Assembly (NCBI GenBank): GCA_023412195.1
Contig: JAEYNZ010000029.1
Span: 74,228-138,227, forward strand
Length of the DNA stretch: 64,000 nucleotides
Direction of reading: 5' to 3'
Source of the DNA: Bacteroidota bacterium
GTDB taxonomy: Bacteria > Bacteroidota > Bacteroidia > Bacteroidales > Prolixibacteraceae
Shown: positions 29,314-37,489 of the stretch, piece after piece
Layout of the letters: each line of letters opens with the position of its first letter
How positions within the stretch are numbered: position 1 is the first letter of the stretch
Notes under the pieces: model-generated
What the model was told of the DNA's origin: nothing
The model's input: only the letters and a program-made list of their open reading frames with translations
The model's database searches: none
Program-made: the position numbers and the translations under genes

Positions 29314-29396
29314 GATCTGTATTTTTGAATTTAATTTACCGGTGCAAAATATGAAAAAAAATCAATATGCTGCTACATTACAAATCGTTAAAAATC

Positions 29397-29424
29397 AAAA
29401 AAAAAGCCGTTCCAACGGAACGGC
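29397..29424 (-). terminator. intrinsic terminator after the Cys-repeat gene
   Basis: Stem GCCGTTCC/GGAACGGC, followed by T8 on the minus strand. Confidence 0.75.
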
Positions 29425-29450
29425 GTTCATTTAGCATTTTAACTTCGACA

Positions 29451-29795
29451 CTATTCAACCTTCAATGAGGCAGTCTTTGCTTTTTCACCAACCATTGAAG
29501 CCTGGGTCGGTGATTTTTCTCCAGAGCATCCTGCTACTTCAGTAACTGCTTTCTCTCCAGAGCAGCCATCAGCTTTTGCCGCAACTTTTTCTCCTGAGCA
29601 ACCGTCAGCTTTAACAGCCGTGGTAACAGTGGCACAACCATCAGCTTTTAAGTCTGCTGTTGTAACCTGTACATCATTTGATACAGTTGTAACTTTCGCT
29701 TTTGCTTTCTTGTCATCGCATGGCGCTTCTCCTGCAGTAGCAACAGAAAGCCCATAAGTCATAACCATTGCAAGTACAAATAATAGTTTTCTCAT
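29451..29795 (-). CDS. secreted protein with tandem (K)ADGCSGEK repeats (unknown function)
   Basis: Signal peptide MRKLLFVLAMVMTYGLSVATA. Repeats: KADGCATVTTAV / KADGCSGEKVAA / KADGCSGEKAVTEV / AGCSGEKSPT. Five Cys in total. It has its own terminator. Confidence 0.65.
   Translation of the reverse strand: MRKLLFVLAMVMTYGLSVATAGEAPCDDKKAKAKVTTVSNDVQVTTADLKADGCATVTTAVKADGCSGEKVAAKADGCSGEKAVTEVAGCSGEKSPTQASMVGEKAKTASLKVE
29516..29655. repeat. in-frame tandem DNA repeats encoding the ADGCSGEK units
   Basis: Repeated TTCTCCAGAGCAKCC...AGCTTT units are visible at about 29516, 29552, 29588 and 29631 on the + strand. Confidence 0.6.
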
Positions 29796-29958
29796 TCTCT
29801 TTGATTTTAAATTATAAATTATAACTCTTTTTCTTATTTAGAATCAATATTAATACTTTTCAGGATAATATCCAAACATATATTAATATTTTTTTATCTT
29901 AAATCAAAATATTAACATTTGAGGTATAATTCAGATAGAAGGGAATAATACAGGAAAA

Positions 29959-30333
29959 TCAATAGCCCATTTTACAAACAGCTTCAGGTGTAGTTAATTG
30001 GTAGAAATCCTCATCCGTGAGAAGTTTGAGTTTCGTGGCGGCCATCCTGATGGATATTTTTTCTTTAGTTGCTGTTTCTGCAATCAGAAAAGCATTTTCA
30101 TGTCCGGTTTTTACAATGAGTGCTGTAACTGTAGCTGTGAAATTTTCCACATTGCTTTTACAGACATTTTCATTTGCGGTGATGGCTGAATCGCAATTTT
30201 CAGCAAACATCAGGCAGGCATGGTTCAGTAGCGGAATACTGTCAAGTAAGGTAAATGATATGACCGGAAGAAACTGGTTTAATTCGAGGTTGCCTGAACT
30301 ACAGGCCTGAGTGATCACCTGGTCGTAACCCAT
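29959..30333 (-). CDS. stand-alone C-terminal domain of the aspartate ammonia-lyase / class II fumarase family
   Basis: 124 aa that aligns by eye with the last third of AspA/FumC (LELNQFLPVI...LLNHAC...AITANENVCKSNVENFTATVTAL...GHENA...LLTDEDFYQL). It starts 30 nt after the hydG stop, so the N-terminal and catalytic SS-loop regions are genuinely absent. Confidence 0.6.
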   Translation of the reverse strand: MGYDQVITQACSSGNLELNQFLPVISFTLLDSIPLLNHACLMFAENCDSAITANENVCKSNVENFTATVTALIVKTGHENAFLIAETATKEKISIRMAATKLKLLTDEDFYQLTTPEAVCKMGY

Positions 30334-30363
30334 TATAAGCAGGGCAACCAGGCCAACAGCTTT

Positions 30364-31764
30364 TTAGCAATAAACATCATCTCTTCCGGCTTCAACACGC
30401 TGAACAAGCTTTTCGGCCCGCTGTTTTGCAATTCCATCCATACCTGCGATGGTATCCCTGATCAGGCGGTTCCCTACTTCAGCTGTTTGCGGAGAGGCAT
30501 AATTCTGAAGGTATTCCTTAAAAGATGACAAGGCATTGGGCTGGCAGTGCAGCTTGATATCACCTGGTTTGGCAAGGTCCATGAAGTCATGGCCTGTGCG
30601 CCCCAACCGGTAACAGGCAGTGCAAAAAGAAGGAATATAGCCCATAGATGCAACATCCCTTATGACTTCATCAAGAGGCCTGTGGTCGCCAAGGCTGAAC
30701 TGCCCTGACGGGTCATCTTCATCTTCCTCGTGTTCATAGCCACCTGGATTTGTCCTGCTGCCTGCTGATATCTGGCTTACACCCAGGGCAAAGGTTTCAC
30801 GGCGCATCTGGGCTGTTTCCCTTGTCGACATAATGATCCCGGTATAAGGAATGGCAAGTCTTAATATTGCTACTATTTTTCTGAAATCGATGTCTGAAAC
30901 AGGGAAGGGAGGATGTGCAGCCAGGTTGCTGCCCGTAGCCGGTTCCAGCCTGGGGACGCTGACAGTATGCGGACCTACATCGAATTTATCTTCCAGTTCA
31001 CGGATATGCTGCATCATGGCCAGTATCTCGAAACGGTAGTCGAACAATCCGAACAGAACACCGATACCCACATCATCAATGCCTGCTTTCATTGCCCTGT
31101 GTAAAGCCCATACCCTCCAGTTGTAATCCCGCTTTTTGCCACCCAGATGAACTTTCTTATAGGTTTCCCTGTGATAAGTCTCCTGGAAAATCTGGTAGGT
31201 GCCAATTCCTTCAGTTTTCAGTTCCCTGAACTCCTGTTCGTCGAGTGGTGCCACATTGACATTTACCCTGCGGATCTCGCCGTGATCTGATTTTACTCCG
31301 TAAATAGTTCTGACAGAATCGAGCACATACTGAAATCCCTGCGCCGGGTATGATTCTCCGGCCACCAACAGGATCCTTTTGTGCCCTTTATTGATCAGGA
31401 TTTCCACTTCATGTGCAATCTGTTGCTGGGTAAGTGAATTCCTGACAATGCTTTTATTGGTGGCCCTGAAAGCACAGTACAGGCATTCATTTGCACAAAG
31501 ATTTGAAATATATAGTGGTGCAAAAAGCACCAGCCGTTTGCCGTAAATCGTTTCTTTAACCTGGTTGGCAGCATGAAAAAGCTCCCCGAGCAATTCAGGA
31601 TCGCTTATGCCTGTAAGGACAGCTACGTCATCCATGTTAAGTCCCTTCATTTCTTTTGCTTTTGAAAGAACTTCCCTGATCCTGGCATGGTCAGCTTTCT
31701 TGTTTTTCTCAAGAATTTCCCAAACCTGTTGTTCGTTTATAAATCCTGCTTCAACCTTATACAT
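30364..31764 (-). CDS. hydG: [FeFe]-hydrogenase H-cluster radical SAM maturase HydG
   Basis: Radical SAM motif CANECLYCAF, ThiH-like core, and the C-terminal auxiliary cluster motif CTACYRLGRTGHDFMDLAKPGDIKLHC (Cx2Cx22C). Confidence 0.92.
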   Translation of the reverse strand: MYKVEAGFINEQQVWEILEKNKKADHARIREVLSKAKEMKGLNMDDVAVLTGISDPELLGELFHAANQVKETIYGKRLVLFAPLYISNLCANECLYCAFRATNKSIVRNSLTQQQIAHEVEILINKGHKRILLVAGESYPAQGFQYVLDSVRTIYGVKSDHGEIRRVNVNVAPLDEQEFRELKTEGIGTYQIFQETYHRETYKKVHLGGKKRDYNWRVWALHRAMKAGIDDVGIGVLFGLFDYRFEILAMMQHIRELEDKFDVGPHTVSVPRLEPATGSNLAAHPPFPVSDIDFRKIVAILRLAIPYTGIIMSTRETAQMRRETFALGVSQISAGSRTNPGGYEHEEDEDDPSGQFSLGDHRPLDEVIRDVASMGYIPSFCTACYRLGRTGHDFMDLAKPGDIKLHCQPNALSSFKEYLQNYASPQTAEVGNRLIRDTIAGMDGIAKQRAEKLVQRVEAGRDDVYC

Positions 31765-31791
31765 GGATTGTATTTTAAATAATTTAAAATA

Positions 31792-32055
31792 TTACTTATC
31801 CACAAGGTTTGAACTTTTTGCCAAACCTGACTTCACTGAAATGCCTTTTACTTTTCCCAGTTTACCTGTGAGCACACCTAATTCATCGGTATTGGCATCT
31901 ATTACAAGGGTAATAACAGAAGTGTTTCCCCTGATATTAGGTAATCCGGTCCGGGCAAGTATGAGTTCACCATGTTCACTGAGAATACTGTTAACTTCTT
32001 CTGAACATCTTTTACGGTCCTCAATAATGATTCCTATAAAACCTATTCTTTTCAT
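31792..32055 (-). CDS. TM1266-family putative iron-only hydrogenase system regulator (ACT/NikR-C-like small protein)
   Basis: MKRIGFIGIIIEDRKR...VITLVIDANTDELGVLTGKLGKVKGISVKS matches my recollection of the TM1266 family, and the gene lies immediately upstream of hydG. Start moved to the ATG at 32055. Confidence 0.7.
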   Translation of the reverse strand: MKRIGFIGIIIEDRKRCSEEVNSILSEHGELILARTGLPNIRGNTSVITLVIDANTDELGVLTGKLGKVKGISVKSGLAKSSNLVDK

Positions 32056-32371
32056 AATTGCTATAAGTGGCTGCGGGATTTTTGGGGAAGACTGATGCAA
32101 AAAACAGGAGTAAATGAAGATCTCAGGTTGTGAAACCCTTTATGTTTTTTTTCCATTTTCCTCCCTAAGGTCAGCTTTGCCTTCCCGCAGGATATTATTC
32201 GTAAAATTAGTACTTTATATGCTTTCCGGGGCTGATAATTTACAGTGAAATATATGTTGTGGAATATGTTTTTCGGGATATGATGATGCAATAGGGTAGA
32301 GGAAATGAATAGTTGTCAATAATCATGAGTGACTCTCATAAATAAAAAATTTGCTTTTAAAATTTAAAATG

Positions 32372-32417
32372 AAAAAATACAAGCTCCGTAATATGTATCA
32401 GGTACTTGTATTTTTTT
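32372..32417 (-). terminator. probable terminator after the lipoprotein metallopeptidase gene
   Basis: A6-ATACAAG ... CTTGTAT-T7 with a 21-nt loop. The U-tract is present on both strands. Confidence 0.4.
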
Positions 32418-32458
32418 GTTGGTGAATCTGGCTTTATTTCACTATGGAAATAAGTATA

Positions 32459-34504
32459 CTATAGCATATGTTGAAGTGCATCAGTAGCCGCATTTAAAAT
32501 TGGCTGATTAGAAAGAGGTTTTCCCACCGCTCTTTTCATCCATTCATCAGGGGTCAATTGCCCGAGGGCAAACACCCGGTTGACTTCAGGAGCGAACTGA
32601 CCGGACTTAAAATGTTCTTCAAGCTGAAAATGGATCAGGTGTCCAAAAGCATAGTTAGGAAGATACATAGGTGAGTTGATCATGTGTGAATAAACTGCCA
32701 GGATGGTTTGATCCTTTAAGCCAAAAACAGGTGCAAAATATTCATTCCATACCTTGATGCTGATTTCCAGAACGGCATTTTTCAGTTCTTCTGCGGTGCA
32801 GTCAGGATTGCTGTACATCCATTTCCACATGTTCATATCAACCATCGACACCCCCATTATTTCGTAAACCGACCATAAATTATCCAGTGTCTTTAAGTAA
32901 TCCACATCCGGGTTACCATCCGTCATGCCCAGCAGGTTCAGGTCCCTTTGCTGGAAAGCAAATGCCAGGGCTTCTGTAAATGCAGAATTGGGTACGCCGT
33001 TCATCATATAATATGGTACATCATGAAGGGAAATCGTTTGCTCAACATTATGTCCGAATTCATGGATGGCAATGTTATAACCTTTATAATCCATTCCGTC
33101 TTCCGGAATCCGGGAGCGTAGCCTGGCCTTTTCACCCTTCATGGAGGCTCCCCATGCGTGCCCTGAACCCCTGGCCGGGTCAACAGCAATTTTAGATGCA
33201 AGGAATTTCGACCGGTCAGGTTTGAATCCCAGTTTCTTCAGGATGTTTTCAAGATCACGCTCCAATGCTTCTGCATCAGGATATTTAGAGCGGGTAATGG
33301 CATTGAGTTTTTCTTCAGGTATGGAACTCCGGGCCTTAAAGCCATCATACCAGATGTCCCATGGTTGAAGATCGCGTCCAAGTCTTTTCCTGATGAGTTC
33401 GCCAGTTTGTTTAAGTTGCGGGGCACTTAGAAACTCATGAAACAAGGCTTCTACTTCCTCCTGGGGAATCTGCATGTCACCGGAAAATGATCTCTTTATG
33501 GCTGTATTGAGCACCGGATGATATTTATCAAATTCTTTCAATGCCCTGAAGTTGTTTATGATTTGCTGGTATCGTAGGTTTTGTTCTGCCGAAACTTCTT
33601 TTGGCTCTCCGTTTACTGTCACCCTATTTTCAAAGGGCTGCCAACGGGCTTCTCCGGAATTTATCACCGCTGCAGGAATAGACTGATCGATGATCCGCTG
33701 CATGACCTGGTATATGATTTCCTGTTTTTCCAGGCCATTTTGAGTGTTGGCATAATTTGCCTTAATCTCATCGCGAAGATTCCAGTGGCTAAGCAAAATC
33801 ATATTTTCGGGAAACAGGGTCTGTCCATTTTTGCCAATGAGGCTTCCCATATAGATATTATATTCGGCAATATAGGCATCTGCTTCGGCTGATACGGCAG
33901 CACTTTTCTGAACGAGTTCCGGGGGCACCCTGGAGCTGAATACATCTCCCATTCTAGCGTATGCCCATTCAAGGTCTGACCAGTTTCTGCCCAGTTCATT
34001 TTTTTCTTCGGTTGAATAGAAGGGGAAGTTCAGTGCTACAAGGAAGGCAATCTTGTTGTTGTAAAAATCATTGCTCATATGAGCCCCGGCACTGTATGCG
34101 GAAAACAGGTGATCGACCCTGTGAAGTTGCCCGGTTTGCAGATCAACGTGCTGACGCAGTTCTATGGCTAGCTGGTTGAAATGCCCGAAGAGCGATTCGA
34201 AATACCCCGACATCCTGTTAAAAACAACTTGCTTTTCCTGTTGGTCGCCAATGAAGTTTTCAGAGCAGAAAGCAATAAATTCATCATATGAGCCATCGCT
34301 TTCCCTCCAAAGAGAGGCTGCATGAAGCACTCCTTTTTCAACATCTTTGATGTGAACCTCAGGATATTTCTCTATAATGGACGCGATGGCTTTATTTGTA
34401 TGTTCCTCAGGAATTGTTGTACTTCTGGTGATCATTTTATTCGTTTTTTGCTGACAACTCAATAACAGAACCGTGATCATGCAAAGAAAAATTAACTGTT
34501 TCAT
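32459..34504 (-). CDS. predicted lipoprotein, gluzincin-type zinc metallopeptidase (HEFGH...E; M2/M3-like)
   Basis: Lipobox (VLLLSCQQ) after the ATG at 34504. HEFGHNVEQ is followed about 28 residues later by NSAFTEALAF, a plausible third-ligand Glu. Confidence 0.6.
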   Translation of the reverse strand: MKQLIFLCMITVLLLSCQQKTNKMITRSTTIPEEHTNKAIASIIEKYPEVHIKDVEKGVLHAASLWRESDGSYDEFIAFCSENFIGDQQEKQVVFNRMSGYFESLFGHFNQLAIELRQHVDLQTGQLHRVDHLFSAYSAGAHMSNDFYNNKIAFLVALNFPFYSTEEKNELGRNWSDLEWAYARMGDVFSSRVPPELVQKSAAVSAEADAYIAEYNIYMGSLIGKNGQTLFPENMILLSHWNLRDEIKANYANTQNGLEKQEIIYQVMQRIIDQSIPAAVINSGEARWQPFENRVTVNGEPKEVSAEQNLRYQQIINNFRALKEFDKYHPVLNTAIKRSFSGDMQIPQEEVEALFHEFLSAPQLKQTGELIRKRLGRDLQPWDIWYDGFKARSSIPEEKLNAITRSKYPDAEALERDLENILKKLGFKPDRSKFLASKIAVDPARGSGHAWGASMKGEKARLRSRIPEDGMDYKGYNIAIHEFGHNVEQTISLHDVPYYMMNGVPNSAFTEALAFAFQQRDLNLLGMTDGNPDVDYLKTLDNLWSVYEIMGVSMVDMNMWKWMYSNPDCTAEELKNAVLEISIKVWNEYFAPVFGLKDQTILAVYSHMINSPMYLPNYAFGHLIHFQLEEHFKSGQFAPEVNRVFALGQLTPDEWMKRAVGKPLSNQPILNAATDALQHML

Positions 34505-34714
34505 TTTTTGCCGGTGTAGATATATTTGAATTATGATATGCAAAGTAAGTCACTGCTGGCTTAAAACCAATGATTTTACAACATTAATAAGAACAGCTGC
34601 TGAAACTTTCTAAATTAAATAGAAAATATCCATGTTTATCATGGGTAACATCTGCAGACATAACTTTCTGAAGAATTATTTTACTGTTAAGGGCCAGTAT
34701 TCATCACCAAACCT

Positions 34715-34722
34715 TATTTTTG
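34715..34722 (+). promoter_or_regulatory. candidate -7 promoter element (TATTTTTG) for hydE
   Basis: TAnnTTTG match ending only 5 nt before the hydE ATG (34728). This would imply a leaderless or near-leaderless mRNA. Confidence 0.25.
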
Positions 34723-34727
34723 CATCT

Positions 34728-35816
34728 ATGAAAACTGTGGCTGAAATAATTGAGCTAAAAGAATTTACTGCCGGCGATCTGGTCATTTTGCTTCAGGCAA
34801 AGGATCACGACAGGAAACTGCTGTTTGAAAAAGCACGGAATGTAAAAGAAGCAGTTTTGGGAAGGAAGGTCTATTTTCGCGGATTGGTTGAGTTTTCAAA
34901 TATATGTTCCAAAGATTGCCTGTATTGTGGCATAAGAAAAGGGAACAGCAAGGTGTTACGATATAATGCCACTGATGAAGAGATACTGGAAGCCTGCCGT
35001 TTCGCATGGATAAACCGGTTTGGTTCAGTTGTGCTTCAGTCGGGAGAGGTGTCTTCAAAAGCTTTTGTCAAAAGGGTTGACCATTTACTGAAGAAGATAG
35101 GGAGTCTTTCGAATCATGAGCTGGGTATTACACTCAGCTGCGGAGAACAGTCGCGCGATACCTATCAGCGCTGGTTCGACAGCGGTGCCCATAGGTACCT
35201 CCTGCGGATTGAGGCTTCAAACAGGCAATTATATTATAAAATCCACCCGAATACTGTACGGCATTCATTTGAAAAAAGGGCAGAAGCTTTGCAGCTTTTA
35301 AGGGACACGGGATACCAGGTTGGCACAGGGGTGATGATCGGGCTGCCGTTCCAGACATTGGACGACCTTGCTAATGATCTTCAGTTCTTCAGGGAAGCAG
35401 ACATCGACATGTGCGGCATGGGGCCATATATCGAGCATGAAGATACCCCGCTCTATGAGTACAGGCATTTGATTCAGCCGAAACAAGACAGGTTCAATCT
35501 TTCCCTGAATATGATTGCAACTTTGCGGCTTTTAATGCCGGATATCAACATTGCAGCTGCTACAGCATTGCAGGCCATTGACCCCGCAGGCCGTGAAAAA
35601 GCCCTTACAATAGGTGCCAATGTGATCATGCCTAATCTGACACCCTGCGAATACAGAAAGGAATATCTTCTGTACGAAGATAAACCCTGCCTTGATGAGG
35701 ATGCTGAATTATGCCGCAACTGCCTGGAAGCCCGGATAGAATTATCGGGATCTGAAATTGGATATGGGGAGTGGGGCGATTCAAAGCACTTTTTTAACAG
35801 GCAAAAAAAAGCCTAG
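34728..35816 (+). CDS. hydE: [FeFe]-hydrogenase H-cluster radical SAM maturase HydE
   Basis: Radical SAM motif CSKDCLYCGIR, a BioB-like barrel, and a length of about 362 aa from the ATG at 34728. The ORF-track start at 34632 adds 32 non-conserved residues. Confidence 0.88.
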   Translation: MKTVAEIIELKEFTAGDLVILLQAKDHDRKLLFEKARNVKEAVLGRKVYFRGLVEFSNICSKDCLYCGIRKGNSKVLRYNATDEEILEACRFAWINRFGSVVLQSGEVSSKAFVKRVDHLLKKIGSLSNHELGITLSCGEQSRDTYQRWFDSGAHRYLLRIEASNRQLYYKIHPNTVRHSFEKRAEALQLLRDTGYQVGTGVMIGLPFQTLDDLANDLQFFREADIDMCGMGPYIEHEDTPLYEYRHLIQPKQDRFNLSLNMIATLRLLMPDINIAAATALQAIDPAGREKALTIGANVIMPNLTPCEYRKEYLLYEDKPCLDEDAELCRNCLEARIELSGSEIGYGEWGDSKHFFNRQKKA

Positions 35817-37363
35817 GCAGTTGTTTTTTTCTTCTTTTTATGGGCTTTCCACCAAATAAAAAATCCGCTCACCAGAACCATAATCAGGCATAGTCCTGCC
35901 AGGGGCACATAAAGAATATAAAACGGACCCGTTATGTGCTCAAATATCCTGCCTGTATGAATTTCAAGTGCAACGTTCCAGAGCGACATGGGTGACTGCC
36001 TTCTGATCTCTTCAGGCATGGCTGGAAAAGAATTGTTACGCAAAGGCAAAGCACCCCTGTTGTAATCGAACCACCATGTATTTTCTGATGCTTCAACGAA
36101 TCCTGCTGCCATGTTTGCACCTATAGGGCTACCCATTCCTGACGGAGCTACATATTGGGTTCTTGAAAAAAAATCAAGTACTGTGCCTGTTCTCAAATCC
36201 CACAGGAATAACCCATTGAATGAACCGGTAAGATAAGTGTGCTGACCAACCCTTTTAAATACATTTAATCCCATTACACTAACGGGGGGTTGCGGTATGG
36301 CTGGTTGAAGATTTTGTTGAAGTTTTTCATCTGTTGTGTAAAAACCTTCAGAAGTTGAGAAAATATACATTTTATATATATCATTCCATTCAACCCTGCG
36401 AAGCTTGTCGAACCAGGGATTAGGACTGTCAAGGTGAGTGCCGGGAATGATACCTGTGGTTTTGTTTGCAATGGGAATGAGCAGGGGAGGCCGGAGGTGT
36501 ATCCCTGCCCATGTGTTTATAATGAGAAATAAAACAAAAATATAACCAAGTACATTGTGCCACCGGAGGTTGCTTTTTGTGGCACTGACCCATGGCTTGA
36601 CCGGCTTTTTTTTCTTTTTCATCCGCTTTATGATTTTAGGGAAAAAGAAATGAAGCAAGCCGGTTACTGAAAGAATAATGGTAACAATCCCAAGCAAATC
36701 AACAATCAATTTTCCTGTGATTCCGAAAAGCTCACCGCTGTGCAGTTGCCAGAGGGTTGTGAATAAACCAACTTTCCGGACATATCCCACCGGTTCGGGA
36801 AGCTGGACTGCTTCGAAATCAGTTCCGTCAGCAGATTTGAGCAGGTAATGCCTAGTGAGGACCAGCAGTGTATCTCCTTTCAGATTCAGGTCTGCAATGC
36901 GATCCTGCTTTACAGGGAGTTTCTGCCTGTTCCAGGTTCCTGAATGGATGTTCCTGCTGTACAAGCCAAAATGTGTTCCTGCATACAGGATATCGCCTTT
37001 CTGTACCACTGAATATATTTTTCGGTTGTCAATTCCTTTTGGGAAGCCATGGTTGAAATCATTGAAACTTTTTAAATCTGATGAAGCTTTCCAGATGCCG
37101 ATATTTCCATATATCAATACAGAATCATTCATATAGGGAATTGAACCTCTTACTGCAGCCAGGTTCCAGTTATTGTACCTGTAGTTTGGAGGCAGGATGT
37201 TCCTTGAAACATCGACAGACGAGAAAATCTGTCTGTGATTCATGACAATTCCTGAAAATGCAAACAATATGGCAAAAAAGGCAATGATGATTCCGGGCCA
37301 CTTATGCAGTTTCCTGAAGATTTTAATGGATCTGGCTTTACTCATAAATAAAAGAAAATTCAA
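35813..37363 (-). CDS. PepSY-associated TM-helix domain membrane protein
   Basis: The N-terminal KLHKWPGIIIAFFAILFAFSGIVMNH motif is typical of PepSY_TM proteins. There are four TM helices, two large extracytoplasmic regions, and two poly-Lys tracts (KKKKKP, KKKKK). Confidence 0.7.
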   Translation of the reverse strand: MNFLLFMSKARSIKIFRKLHKWPGIIIAFFAILFAFSGIVMNHRQIFSSVDVSRNILPPNYRYNNWNLAAVRGSIPYMNDSVLIYGNIGIWKASSDLKSFNDFNHGFPKGIDNRKIYSVVQKGDILYAGTHFGLYSRNIHSGTWNRQKLPVKQDRIADLNLKGDTLLVLTRHYLLKSADGTDFEAVQLPEPVGYVRKVGLFTTLWQLHSGELFGITGKLIVDLLGIVTIILSVTGLLHFFFPKIIKRMKKKKKPVKPWVSATKSNLRWHNVLGYIFVLFLIINTWAGIHLRPPLLIPIANKTTGIIPGTHLDSPNPWFDKLRRVEWNDIYKMYIFSTSEGFYTTDEKLQQNLQPAIPQPPVSVMGLNVFKRVGQHTYLTGSFNGLFLWDLRTGTVLDFFSRTQYVAPSGMGSPIGANMAAGFVEASENTWWFDYNRGALPLRNNSFPAMPEEIRRQSPMSLWNVALEIHTGRIFEHITGPFYILYVPLAGLCLIMVLVSGFFIWWKAHKKKKKTTA

Positions 37364-37489
37364 ATAAAATGATTATTTGGTTCGAAAGGAACATCTATAA
37401 GGAAATTCGAATCCTGATATCTTTTTTATAAGTAGAATTGATATTTCCATTTATATAAATGAACGGGCTGGCAACAGTAATCTTTTGGA

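Noticed and set aside
29796-29958. 160-bp AT-rich spacer between the lyase fragment and the Cys-repeat gene, considered as a possible regulatory RNA.
   Set aside because: It contains only simple AT-rich sequence with short runs (ttaatattaata-like). It is most simply the promoter region of the Cys-repeat gene, and no convincing structure was seen.
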